A stretch of 64,000 nt of DNA, from NCBI GenBank assembly GCA_040954595.2, contig CM082576.2, positions 606,648 through 670,647 on the forward strand, in the 5' to 3' direction. The notes under the pieces were generated by a model. The model was given only the letters and a program-made list of their open reading frames with translations. It ran no database searches and was not told the origin of the DNA. The translations under genes and the position numbers were made by a program. This document shows positions 25,238 through 39,400 of the stretch, piece after piece. Positions within the stretch are counted from its first letter, which is position 1, and each line of letters starts with the position of its first letter. The DNA comes from Balanoglossus misakiensis. Lineage: Eukaryota > Animalia > Hemichordata.

Positions 25238-28200
25238 CAGGCATTCTGACTGAGAACTTTACTCAAATTAAAGTCAGGTGTCAATGACAAAATATTGGCA
25301 GCACTTGAAAAATTGCAACTACAAGTAATAGTTTTCCGATAATTTCAACACATTTGGCCAAAGAATTTCAATGAAATTCACAAATTAGAAGAGTTTGCTG
25401 TTTGAAGACAATTTGTGACAGATGATGGTCAAGGGGCAACAGGGCAAACAGAGAGTGGTGTACCTGGACACCCAACATTTTGACACACTGAGACGTCCTG
25501 TGTACCAAATAGGTGTGGACGACACTCCACAGAGTGCTCTTACATCTCAACACCATTTTGTCTGTAATATGATTTGACAATGACTTGCTAGGTGACAGCA
25601 AACATGGCTGGCTTGGTTTTGCCTTAGTTACACTTCACAGGTGATGCCGAAAGTGATGGACAATTTAGTTTTTTTTCTGCTGGGTTCAGATTTTCAAGAT
25701 AGTCGGGGGCAACAATTTGACATTTTCTGTTCCATCCAGATGCCGAACACGATCTGTTTGTAGTTAGAGTACATAGAGGAGGGCGGGAAATTGTCAAGAG
25801 TCGTTGGAAACCTCCCATGGTGGTTTGACTCCAGGGGTGAACTTGCAAAAAAATCTGTCAAGTTTGCCCGAAGAATATCAGGGAACACACGCCAAAGATG
25901 ATGGTCACGTAACAAGCAATACACTCAAACCAAGACATCTCTGACCTTATGCCACTGTATGAGCACATCATTCTCTCTGATTTAAAGGCGGCTTGTGGTA
26001 AAAGTGAGAAAGCTTCTGGCTACATGCTAGTTGTAAGAATTATATACAGAGAAAGCATTCTGGTTTGAAAAAAGTGCACACTTGCCACCATGTAGAAATG
26101 CTCAAAGAGGATGGAAAAAAAGAAAGTCTGGTGATTGAAATCTTGACTCTCTTAGAATTCTGTGGAGAAATTCTGGATTTTGAACTGAATGAATCACACC
26201 ACTTCAAGAATTGAAATTAATTGGTGGTGTAATTGTTATTTAATATGTTTTTATTTGTAAAGAAATTTCATGGATGTTTTTGGATTGAAAGCTGATGCCA
26301 TTCCATCAAAGCAGACTCTAATTGTATGCCTATTGACCACTTACACATTATACCATACAAAGTTTCCTGTGCATAATATTTTAAATCACCAAAGTGCATT
26401 AAATGTTAGGTTTTCTCTTTTTCGATCAAATGTTTCCTGTCTCTGCCTTCACCACATATACCCTTGAACAAAGTCTGACTGTTTCTTGTCTGGGTCATTG
26501 TTCTTTTCGGATCCTGATATTACAGAATGATAGTATTGACTAAATGGCTGATGCTCATGTCAAACCTTGAATGAGAAAAGCAGCAGGAAATACCAATAAT
26601 TGAGACATTGAGTTGTGAGCACCATTGTTTGCCAGAACACAACTTGCCTATGCAGCTTCATAATAACCACCAGAGTTTCAGTTGTCATTTTGGTGGAGGC
26701 AGCCTTGTAGACTAGGGATAACACTAACAGTCATCACACGGTTGTGCCAACTGTCTGCTTGTCTCTGGTTTTGAACCAACATTTCCTTTTTACTTCTCAC
26801 AAAATGCCAGCTTTCTCTCACCACTGGCATTTTATGACTGGTTTTGTGTTGAAGAGAACACAGGCCACCTGAGGTGAACTTTACTCCCTATTGGCTCGAT
26901 ATCACCCTCCACATAAAACAGTTCAATACATTTCAGTTCTTCACTTTTGGACTGATCAATCAATTCTATTGATTTGGTTGCGGCAAACCTTTTCATTTCT
27001 CTTCTTGATTCAATGCTGCTAAAAAAAAAAGACCGCCACTTCAAACAACTTCACTGTCTCCTTGCTCATTTTCACAGCAGTGGATCGAGAACTGACTTTT
27101 TTTCTTTGACAGATTAAAAACTAAGAGCAACATTTGCAATGACCATGACCAAACTCGACCAAGCACAAGGAGCCTGGTTACAAATGCTGGTGCAAATTAG
27201 AATAGGCTGTTTTGACCGCAATATGCACAATAAAAGTTCCTTGCTTGGCAGCGGTGTAATTTTGCCACTATAACCACCTTTATTGGACTACAAGCTGTGA
27301 AATCAATTCCATCAGTAAGACACAGACCCAAATGTAATCAGAGTTTTCCCTCAGTAATCTGCGACATGGTAATTTTCTCAAAAACCTTGCATTTGAAACG
27401 GCCGTTCAACAACTCCATTTCAATCGGCTAATGTAAACAATGTATGATTTTTCTCTTCTGTTGGAAGCCGAAGTGATGTGGTCACAAGCTGTGTTATGTA
27501 ATCTCATCAAGCACACCACAAGTTGACTGTAATCATGAAATTTCAAAACTGGTAATTGATATTGTATCCTTACTACTGTGGCAATTTTTCCCGCAATATC
27601 CTGACTATTATTTTTCTATTTTACGATGCAGGATAATTGTCGGTGTAGGTATGGTGATAGTTGAGCACGGGAGTGTGGTCATGAAAGAAGCATTACTGTG
27701 CCATTTCTTTTTCTTTCTACTGAAACAGCTGTTTTAATATTGGTATAATAATGTTGATGAGGCACTGCTATTACTGACGGCAACTCAGACAATTTTCTGT
27801 GTTCTAGCGGGGTACGAGTCTAGCGATCGAACATTGATGTCAACATCAGTGTTCACTGCGGTTAGGTCCCACATTTCAAGCGTTGTGGTCACATTCAGAC
27901 TACACGCCAAAAACGATGACCGCGCATTTGGTGAAAACTTGCTGTAAAACCACTCGAAATGGACACTGTACCATTGTTCAATCTACAGCAAACAGTTTTG
28001 GGAAGCAGTCATGTCAGACCATCCACTCAGTTCTCTAGAGGCAGACACCAAACACTTTAAAAAAGAGAAAAGAGACTTGGGAACACGTTAGCATCAAGGC
28101 TGATCTATGTCAAGAAGTGAATTTTTAAATATTTGCCACAATGAATTCTGCAACGTTGGTCACCCTTCTTGTGTGTCATCATTTTTTGTATTCTATAACG

Positions 28201-31200
28201 AGTAGGAAACATATTCGTGTGAAGCGAAGACTGTCAGAAATGATTTGCATTTCGCAGTTTCCTCTCATATCCTAATCATGGCGGAATATTAAATTGGACA
28301 GGACTGTCTCTGAATCAAAGCTGTCTCCTCGGCTGAATTTAAAGATTTGTCAGTCACAATAGAATTTTCTGGTGTGACACGACTCGGTAATTCAAATTAG
28401 AACTGATAACTGTTTATGATATTCATGTTAATCCCTGAACGCCGATAGTCTCAAAGCCACCTTTGCTTCCCATGTCCTTTGCAATGTTCAAAAACAAAAT
28501 AATGTTACAATTAATGTTCCCACTGCTGAAACTTTTGATGCAACTTAGTGGAAAATTCACCGGCATCTTCAGTTCAAACATTCTCGATATCGGTATGTGC
28601 AAAAGTGGGATTTGATGGAAAATTTCACCAAGTGACTTGGAGAGCAGTTTGAATCACCAATGGAAGTGATGGTGAATATCATCCACAATTTTTGTGGAAA
28701 GAATTAATTTTGTTCCGCAAGTGGTTAGCTAGATTCGTGACAATGCAAACAAAACTGTCTGAGATGCTAATGATGTTGTCATTTTGTGCGTTTTTTTGTT
28801 ATTCTAAGCGGAGATGAACTCATGATTTCATTATGGAGACCATGGAAATTGATTTGGGTATTGCATATGAAGATGACCAGCTGATTTTATTAGCAAGACT
28901 ATGCAAATGCAATACTGTTCATTGGTACTCCAATGTAATTTGCCTTGTAAATTTTGTTAATACCAGATGGCGCACGCTTTCAACTTTTTCCCGCTCCTTG
29001 CCGACGGTTTTCTTTTGTGGTAATGTAGCCAATTACGTTCTCTGGTTTGGCATTCTGTGACATTTACGCACTTCTTGGAATTTTCAAAAAACTCCAGAGA
29101 ACATGACGCTCCGAGCAGCAGTATGTTTCGTCAACAAGGATGGGCGTGCAAAGTTTCATTTGTGTTCAAGCATGCTGCGTGTATATGATATGCCGAGACT
29201 TGAGGGTCATAGGTCATCTATGCATTTATCTTCACTTCTTTTCAGACAGAATGCTGACTTTGAGGGTGTTTCTGTACCCTGCAGTTCTCTTACTCACCAC
29301 ATTTTCTTTCCCTATGACTATTCTGCTCTCAATTTTGTCTGACTCCTTTTCTATTACAAGCAAATTCTGTTTGGCGTCAGGCATTCATGGCTTCAGGATG
29401 AAGATAAGCATCGTTGGCCATACATTACTGATGATACCTTAATCATGTGTAATTTTGTCTTGGGGTCCAGGAATCTCACAAAATGAAATCAGAGTTTTGC
29501 CGCCGGGAGACCAGGGTCCAGATTAAAAAAACTAATAAGTACAAAAAAGTGGTTGCCGCTGTATACATTTTAAGGAAAAATAAAGAACAAAACTTCATTA
29601 TGGAACATTTCTTGCCACACAGCAACTACCGCTATATTGTCTCCCAAGAAAACTAATGCAACTTGAGAAAAAGACAGGGATGGTTCCACTGCTGGTATTA
29701 TAGAAAGCTTTGTATTCTTGTTCACAATGGTATGAATGCATGAAAATGTTAACTGAGAAAACAACAAAAACAACAAATAAATCTGAAAATTCCATTGAGT
29801 ATTCACTCTGGTGTAGGTGGTGGCACTGGTGACTTTAGTCAAATTTGAGCGGAAATAATGCGACAGAGATCTCATTTTGAAGATGATGAAGTCAGTCCTG
29901 TCCAAACCGTACTTTTACATTCTGATGGTGTTTGTCCCTAACAGCTATTCAGCAGCGGTATTAGTTTCATGGCCAATTTTAGTATTTTGTGGTGAGAAAT
30001 GATAGCTGTGTTTTCAAAATGGTCAGAAAATTATGTTGTTGACAATCGTTATCTGCAAGATTGCCTATATGAAGTCTTTCATCTAGACGTTCACCAATAC
30101 CGGTGATGTGGTTTTTTGTTGGATGTGTTCTTGCACGCACTGTGGGTAAGAATACAATTTGTAGGACAGCATCCATGACATATTACAAAGCTGAACACAA
30201 AACTACGCATTACAATGTTCAACCAATGGAAACAATAAAAAAAAAATTCTGCTTCCCAGCTGGAGAGGCCCCTGGCTATGCCATTTGAGGTGCCACATTT
30301 TTCGCATTGGTGCCTGTATGACGAAAATTCTGCACAAAACTATTTGCTTCCAGCTGAAATTCTTCTGTTGTAATGAATATGTCTGAAATGTTTGAATTCA
30401 GAATGGGGGTTAGGTGGAACAAAAATGGCACCAAAGCAGATAATCAAAATAGACAAGACTGTGGTTTTCACTTCTACATGTATCTGTACTTATCATTGTA
30501 GAGAACAACACTGGCAGGAAACCTATTGTCCACCTGGATGCTAATTTTGACAAAAACCATGGTTGTACAACTTTCATTTGGAGTGACTTTGTCTGACATT
30601 TGAATGAACTTTGGCATTTGTGACGCCAGACCTTCAGACTTGGTGACGCTCTGTAAACCAAAAGCCGGACATGACATGACAATGTGTGAGCAACCCTGAC
30701 CAAGTCAGAAAACAATGTCCCTTTTCCACGGCCAAACTACCCCCGCAAGGAACTCCATGCCATCTCTCAAATGCAATTGTTGATGGTAATGATGGCAAAA
30801 CTGGTGAGAAATCTGATCTCTAAGACATCACTAAGCTTCAGTGCCACAGGAAATACTTTTGGTTGAAAGTTAAAAATAAAGAATGCGTTTATTTAGAATC
30901 ACACGAGGGGTGGCAGCAGAAAAAGGGAGTGGCAACTAGGTCTCTATAGCGATCAATCTGCACCAAAATCAGTGTTTGTGCCAATACCAGCAGTGAAGTG
31001 TTGACTCAAGTGATGTGTCACTTCAAGAGAGGTGATGATACAGACATTGATCCATGTCACATCTGGCCAATATTACAGCCAGTAGTTTCTGACAGACTGT
31101 ATTAGCCTCACACCCTCGATTCTCTGTCTGCCATCCTGTCTATTACATTTTGATGAGCTGACAGCTATTGGCCGGGGGATGAAGCTCACTTCATCTCTTC

Positions 31201-34200
31201 TTACGACGCGCAAATTTCACTCACACTGGCCATGGTGTGCAGCTCAGAACGTGACTGTAATATGCTCGGCAGAGGGAAAGAAAACTGAACCAGACATGCA
31301 GGTTTTTTTCACAGATGACATAATCTTGTTGGTTGGTGGGGGACATTCAGGTGCAGTTCACTTGGTGTGTATTTTCCCAATGAGTGCCTACGAATAGATG
31401 TCTGATGAGCCACTGCACGCAAATGAATGTTGGCCACCTCAGCAATCACCTCAGGTGACTGGGTGGAATCAGATTGTCTGATTGTTCATCGACACATATT
31501 CTTTAACAAACAAACAGACAAATGTGCAAGTGTTAGTCTGGTTCAATCACTGTGCATAGTCCCTAGCCAGAATCCAGTCACTTTTAATCAACACTGGAAG
31601 AAAAATGAAATTTACTACGGTATGAAGTAAAATAAACCAACAGTGGACATAAAGGCAAATTGAAATTATGCAAGGTCGGAAAACCAGACAAAAAAAAGCC
31701 CCCACCCCACCTCATCTTGATTACTCAACCAACAAGACATCCATATAACAAATGACTTTTGTGGCAGTCACATGTTATCGGTTTCCTATATCAATGTTGC
31801 ATTATTGATGCCGCATATGGTGGATGAATGCCAGAGAAAATTTGAACACAACTGAGGTGATATTAAAACCCCTTTATGAGATAAAAGGTGCTAACTCCCC
31901 TTGCGGAACATCACTCATGTGTGAATAAAGGACGGCGCGGCAGCCACAGTCGGTCTGCTTCAGGCCGAACACCGAATGTACATTTGGAGAAGAAAAAAAT
32001 CAATGCAAATTTCATCATGTGATTGATCATTTTTACATAAACAACAAACCTCTCTCTGCCAACCAGTCCTGAACAAATGACACCACCTCAAATTTATTTG
32101 TTTTCTGCTTAAAAAATGACAATATGAAATACTTTACTGCTCTCTGATTAATGAATGCACTCATATAAAAGAATGTCTGTTTGTTATCTTAAAACAAGAG
32201 TGATGAGATTTGATGATCTTCAAACAAACAATGGTAGGGATCATCTTTAATGAAAACTTGGTCTTTTATGGTGAAGTTGGCCAAAATGATGATTATTAAT
32301 GGTCCAGGGATCATGTTTAACCCAATATTTTGTTTACTAGACCCTTACTTTTCAGAGGGACGCTTACTTTTTGACATGAAGGGGTCCCATCACTTTTGTA
32401 AATACAAAGGTTCGAGTTTTACATCTTGAAATTCATGTTTCAGGGACTTGATATGTATGTTCACTAGTGCAATCACTGAAACAATCACTGACAGATATGG
32501 ACAATAATATTTACATCTGGTTCCATGAAGAAGAAACTTCACTCTGTAGTCTGACCACACAATTTATGCTCAATAGTGACAAAAGACCATGAGAAAAATC
32601 AACTTTTAACAACACCGAAAGCTTGTGTCTGCTCCTGAGAGAAAGTCAGTCATTGGCCGATGAATTGAAGAGCCGACAATCAGTTCTCCAACAAAAATCA
32701 GACCAAAGCCGTGCAATTTGGCAACAGATTCCATCTGGTTCCTTCTGACCACTGTCATAATTCCATGATCCGATTTCTTTGCCACAGATTAAACAAATGA
32801 AGGCACTTGGAGCCAGCGATTTACTGGGATTAAACTACAGCTTTTCAACAACTTCCCAGAGGGATTTTGCATAAGACATCCTTGTATGATCGCCGACACA
32901 TTCATTTTTTTCTTTTTATGCAATTGTACAACCAGACAATATTGGACAACAGGATACTCAACTTTAGCAGTTTCTAAGTTAGCAAAGCATTCCTCTTTAC
33001 GTATTGTTCTGTGTCCATTTAAAAAAACAAAATCAAGGCAATGTCTATGAAAGTTGACCACGGTCAATTTTCTTTTAAAATCTGTTATTTTTTCCAGCCT
33101 TTTGGACTGCTGGACCTGCAGCCAAGCTTTACAAGCTAACTGCTTGGTTGAAGTATACAAAGCATACACACAAAACACTGACACAGAAAATATCCCATGA
33201 AAACATTCTGCCCTTCTGCCAATTGTACTACAAGAAGTAAATTAACTGTCAGGGAATTTATTTGGGTACTTAAGTGCTGAGTACTTTTGTTGACTGAATT
33301 TATTCATCTGCTTCTATAAAAGACCCATGAACTATTCAATTTTATTTTCTAACAGAGTATGCGGTTTCCTGTCCTTTTTTCCCAAATATTTCTTTTTTCT
33401 CATTCCTCACCACATTAGGGAATAGGAACCTTAATTCCCATATTTGTTTCACAAAGTGAACATTACACTGTGTAGCAGACTGATAACTACTTGACACTCT
33501 AATATAGTGTGTTTCTGAAGCCACTTCAAACACCTTTATTGGTCCATGTCATCCATACTTTCTTCTGAATCAAAACAAACCTCTGGCGTATCCAGGCTTC
33601 CTTTGTGCGCCCATCACCGCAAGACATACTGACAATTTTTTTCCTTCCCTCAAAAGACACCGCTTTTACGTGAGCGCGGAATCTTCGCCTATTGTGCGCT
33701 CCTGGAAATGTCTGGTACCGCTCCTAGCACTGCACATTCAGAGTGGAAAAATGTCACAGAGGACATTATGCAATGACAAAAAAAATTTCAATGTTTCAGT
33801 CAGAATTGTATTTTTCAGGAGACAAAAGTATCACTGCAGTGATTCTGTGATTTTGACCACACTGTAGCAACGTTTTGGAATTTCAGTTGGCACAATTGAG
33901 AAACATTTTCCAAAAAAACCACCACAGCCACTTCTGTAGTGAGACAGCAGCATTTACACGATACTTTACATCGAAGGAGATTGTCAATTTTTCATTAAAC
34001 TCATCTGTGACATTAAGATGACCCATTAAGTGAAAATTAACATCCAATCATTCCTGCCAGGTGAACAGACTCATTCTTTGTAAATGGGAATATGTGCGCA
34101 TCAGTCTTGTGTGTTTGCTGAAGAGTTGATTGTCAGATTTTTTTTCACTCCCCAACATAACTTGCATTGGATACGGATTTTGTTGCATTCAATCTCAGAC

Positions 34201-36381
34201 TTGATTGTGTCCAAGTAAAATGATTCCATGAAACGCTTTAGAACTGGCCGCGTAAAAGTCTCCATTTTCTCACTGGCTCATCATAATGACTAATCGAGTT
34301 AATCTTGTGGAAATCGTGTCCAATAGCTGTGCCTATTCTATTTTCGGTAGCGCTTGCATCCAGTCTCATATTTACCACTCTCAAAGGAGGTTTATACTCG
34401 CTTTGGTCTTTTACTTTTGACTCCAAAAAATTTCATATCTGCCATAATCAAGCGAGCGACAGACTTCTTGTCGGGGTCGCTCACTGAACTTTCCGTTCAG
34501 CACACTGCTGGGAAAGATTATGCTTCAATCATGCAATCAAACCAAAGACAGGGACAATTGCTACGAATTCAAACCTGCATGCCCAATTTTTGATTACACC
34601 AGTTGAGGATCATGGTCCCTTGTTGACAGTGCCTGAAAATTAAATTTTTGCGCTGAAAATCCATGAGATGTGGGGATGTATTGAAGTTTAAGCAGAAGTG
34701 CTTTGAAGAATAATGTGTATAAATCTTCTGCGCTGGTGGGATTTACACAAAGTCAAAATGAATGAATTTCTGTGTGTCTTGGCATGATGCAGATTAATGT
34801 GGCAATGCACGTTGTAGAATATCTCGTCAAAATTCACATCACTCATCTTTTCGGCATGCTAATTAACATACATCTAGTTGGGAAACACACACACAAGAGA
34901 CAGTAGCTAAAGAAAACTGGACAGCTTCTGAGGCAGCAAGGAAATCTAATTCACATACAGCACAAAATAAAATGAGGAAGAAATTCACCAAAATAGAGTT
35001 GTAGTTTCCTGAATATTTGATAAACAGCTCAAGGTGCCAATTGCTATTTTTTTCCTCCAATATCCGCTCATTGATGCCAGCTCTTGTCCCAGAGCATGCA
35101 TATTTTGTTATTCAATCACCGCATACAAACTTACTCAACACCTTCTTTGCATCTCATAAATTTCATCATACTTGTTACAAATCATTTCTGAGATTATGAT
35201 GACAAGTGCGCTCATTAATTGTGAGATTTTTCATCCCTGAATGTTACTGTAATCTCCTATACATGTTCATAAAGATCTGACCTTGTGTTTTCCGAGTGAG
35301 AGTAGTCACATGACACTGGGGTGACGAGAATCATTCAGATGCTTATCACTATGCAGATAATGTATTTAGAATCACCGTGTGACTTGACAGCAAAGCGTTG
35401 TAGACCATGTCTGTTGTGCCAAATTTGTGAATATGGCAGAGATGGAAAGCAACACAAGCAACATATAGATGTACCAACTGACGGCCAAAAATAGTCTGCT
35501 GGACCACGGGCTCCCCCCAACCTTGATCAAAACTACCCAAACAAAACCAGACGAACACTTCACAGATGTTGAAGAGCCATTGAAAATGAAATTGAGTCAA
35601 CTCTCCAGATGTCTGTGTACAGGCGGCAAAAGGACACTCAGGGAGTTCATAGCACCACTTATCATTTCACTGCAATGCAATCATTTCCCAATTCTGAGTC
35701 AGAAATTGCCTACGGCAGTTCACCGCGCCCCAAGTTCATGGTTGAACAAAGTGAACAGCCACTTCTGCCCATCCAAACCAGTTTGCTCTCCCCATATAAA
35801 TACACAGAAACTGAACTGCAAACAGAAGTCGATAACGACCCACCAGGCTACCTCTCAGGCCGGGTGTGGTTTTCACTCCGTATTAAAAAAGTGCTCAAAG
35901 TGAATGTGTATGTGTTGTTATCCAAGTGGTTTCTATTGGTACAACTTTTGCCAGCATGTGCTAATACATTACAAAAGCAGCCCTTGCAGTTTGCAGAATG
36001 GATGAGTGACCACTTATGCAATGTGTGTTCATTTTTTTTAAAACACAGAAACTAACAAACATAGAAACACACTAGACTGCATTCACTTCTTGCTTTTATG
36101 CATTTCCTCAGCGGTGGCCGATCAGACAATTATCTCTCAGCCTTGAAAAACATGGTCATAATAAAAGTGTATTTGCTTTCCTGAAAAGACTGCTTTTTTA
36201 TGATTGAAAATACTATATTTTTCACAGGAATCAAAAAGTCTTCTGACAGCTGTAAAGGCCTATTGGCAAACAGTGGCTGTTTCCCATGGTGTGTCTGTGT
36301 TTACACTCTTTGTAAATCATCTATCATTTTGAACAGCCTTTCACTTGGTTTGACAGTGGTTCTGACCTGTGGTTCCACCAG

Positions 36382-36479
36382 TGATTGCAGAGGGGGGCAA
36401 CCAACCGTCTTGAGATGGCAATGAGAAAGTTGATTGCAGAGGGGGGCAACCAACCGTCTTGAGATGGCAATGAGAAAGT
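36382..36479. repeat. Perfect 49-bp tandem duplication (2 copies)
   Basis: The unit tgattgcagaggggggcaaccaaccgtcttgagatggcaatgagaaagt occurs identically at 36382-36430 and 36431-36479. Confidence 0.97.
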
Positions 36480-39400
36480 TGGGTTGACGATTAGGTGGCT
36501 GACAGAAAATCAAAGGGGAAATTGTCTTCTATTACAGTAGAGTGTTAATGTTTACTCTAGCATAATGACTGAGAGTTTGGACTAACACCAGCAAAATCCT
36601 CTCCACCCCCACTTGTACACCAATTTGGAGCTGATATCTTCTTTCTGCTCTGTCACTCCTGCTGACTGGCGGACTACTTGATACGTCAAAAAAAAGTTGC
36701 AGAAAAAAAAGAGTGAAGTCCGGACTTGATAACAAGAGCAAGACAGCTGCCACACATACTGATTTTGGACATTCTGGTCCAGTTGTCAAATATTCACACC
36801 AATCCTTGCCTGAAAGAGAGACTCCGAAAATCCCTTTACAAATCCACATCACACCTGCATGTCTGCACACAAAGTGACGGCAAATCTAAACAAATCGTGT
36901 CTCACTTTCACCACAAAATGTTAAGCCGCCTTACGACGTGAAGAGGCAGTGGTCCAAGTTTTGTTTACAACATGCCCGCGGACAGCCGAGAGAGAGAGAG
37001 GAGCGAGAAAGAGGGGCTAGCCTGGACTAGTCTGTGACCACTGCAACTTTGATTGGCAGCTTTCACAGCTTAGGACTTCTACTTTAGCTGCCTTGTAAGC
37101 ACAATCCACAGAATTTTGTAAACACATGGATGAAGTATCTATTAACTTGTCTATATGGCCAAGCGATGTTTGGACTTGAAAATTCCATCCTCCATATCTT
37201 AATCCAACCTTACTACAATGTTACCCTGGTGTGTCAGTATCTGTCTGCTTTCCCTGTTGGACAACTCCCTGGACTTTGAGATTGAAGTTAAGTGGTGTGT
37301 CTTAGGAGTATGGTGGAATTTTTAGCTGGATATAATTAGGCATGGCCTGACCTAGATCTGTCACAAGCTGGTCGTGTTCTGGTCAAACAAAGTTGTTTAC
37401 CTAACAAGGTGTCCTTGTGGGCGATACCTCAGCAATAGTAAAACATGGAATAAAAGATTTTACAATAGGTTTTTACTGTTGGTTTCAGTGTGCAAACTTC
37501 ACCAATTATTGGCTTGTCACTATTTATGATAACCACGCAGGAATGTGAATTTTTCTAATGTCAGGGTGACTCTAAGTAGAAGGAGAAAGTGTTTGCTAGT
37601 TGACAGGATGGGCAATGTCCTTTGCCTTTGGCCACATTTATCAGTGTCCAAGGCAAATACCACACACCTACAAATGTTAAAAAAACGCCAGTGAATATGT
37701 CGCATGTTTGAAATAATCCAACCGAGGTTCCGTATCTACCGCCATCTTTTACTATGCTGGGTGCAATCAAACCGACTAATCAAACTAGATGTGTACACAG
37801 ACCAAGCCTTTTGATTTTTTTGTACCTGTTCACATTTATGGGGCTGCAAACACCATGTTATGGCCTCCTAAGGCCATCTGATATCAGCAATAACTCACTG
37901 TATATTATTGTGTTCTAATCTGGGTGTAGAAGAGGACTGAACTCTTCTGAAATTCAAACTGGGGCTGCAGAGTGGGGGTGGCACAAGGTGACCTTTTACT
38001 GCGTCAGCGTTGTGTTGGTATTAACTATAAGTCATATTTATGAGGCAACATGACGCACACTATTTGGTGCTGCTTGTCTTAATTTCCATTCATTTCATGA
38101 TGGCACGTTTTTGACTTTTTTTCAATGGGGATTGAAGGGAATTAAAAAAGGCAAAAAACTGTCCACCTGTGCTTGTTCAAAGGCATTTTTAAAAACGTAC
38201 AAATCTGTGGCTGGGAACAGATGGCTGGAATTATCAAGGTGTGAGTTTCGAAGCTGTGGGTCCGTATGTATCTGGGTTTGTGTTTCTGTTCTCCCGCCGA
38301 TTTCAACTGGACAATGTCAACATCATAACTACCTACTCTGACTTGACAATAGAAATGGAAATGGCCTGAAATGAAAATACGGCTGTACTCAAGAGAATAA
38401 CCATAGCAAACCCAATTTGGACGTACTCGCTCCTATTTTGCCTCACAGTGCGGTGCTCTGTTACTTTCTCTTTGTGTTGTGACTGCAGCGGTGTGCCTCT
38501 GCCGGCATGTTGTGGGGTGATGGGACGGTGAGGAGGGTACTTCAATGTCTTTATTAGCACACCAACCCTCTCAAGCGGCATGTTCAGGGACTCTTCAAGT
38601 CTCCCCTACCTTGATAAGATTGTCATTGAGATGAAGTCAAGCCCAAAAGAGTCAAGAGCCATGTTATCTTTAACACAGACAGACAGGGAATCTGATTGAA
38701 CACCTGAGTGACCGTTCCCTGGTTCATAATGGCGGTGCGTATTATAGACCAGGCTGTCTGGAACCGGCTTGTCAGGCGTCATCATAATTTGAAGCCTGGC
38801 AAAGCACACAGGGCTCTTAACAGGCCCAGTAGAGAAAAAGATGTGAATGCATGTTACTAGCACCTGTCTCTCCTGTCATCCTGTTATCTGTGGATGTTCA
38901 ACGCAAAATGAAAACTGCTCTAATTACGATCGGTTACACATCAACGACGTGCCATTTTTCCTCTGAACAGAAGCGGTGTATTACAATGCTATCCTCCGCT
39001 CACTTCCGGGTCAATTTTTTTTCTTCTTTTCTTTACTGGAGGCTTTGTGTGTGTCTCTACTCTTTTTGTGTGTGTGTCACAGTGCATTGATTACAGCAAG
39101 CTATTCCTTGCTTCCTTCACTTCCCAGTATCATTAACCTTCATCAGAGTAAATTGTCGACATGTCACTCTTTCTCTGAATACAGGTATTTCCCTAACGCT
39201 GACAATCCTTGTATGCACAGGATGCAAGCCACAATTACACACAAAATAGCCAATTAGGGATGTTTTATACACACGATGTGACACTCCAATTCAGAACAGC
39301 CACTTGTCCTGCACCCCTTTTCATCAGTTTTCTCTTCTGTCTTTTTGGGGGCCATTCTTACCAACATGTTAAAATATTTCACAAATAATGAGGACCCCAA

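Noticed and set aside
35469-36055. Overlapping 144-aa and 148-aa plus-strand ORFs
   Set aside because: No recognisable homology or convincing splice context.
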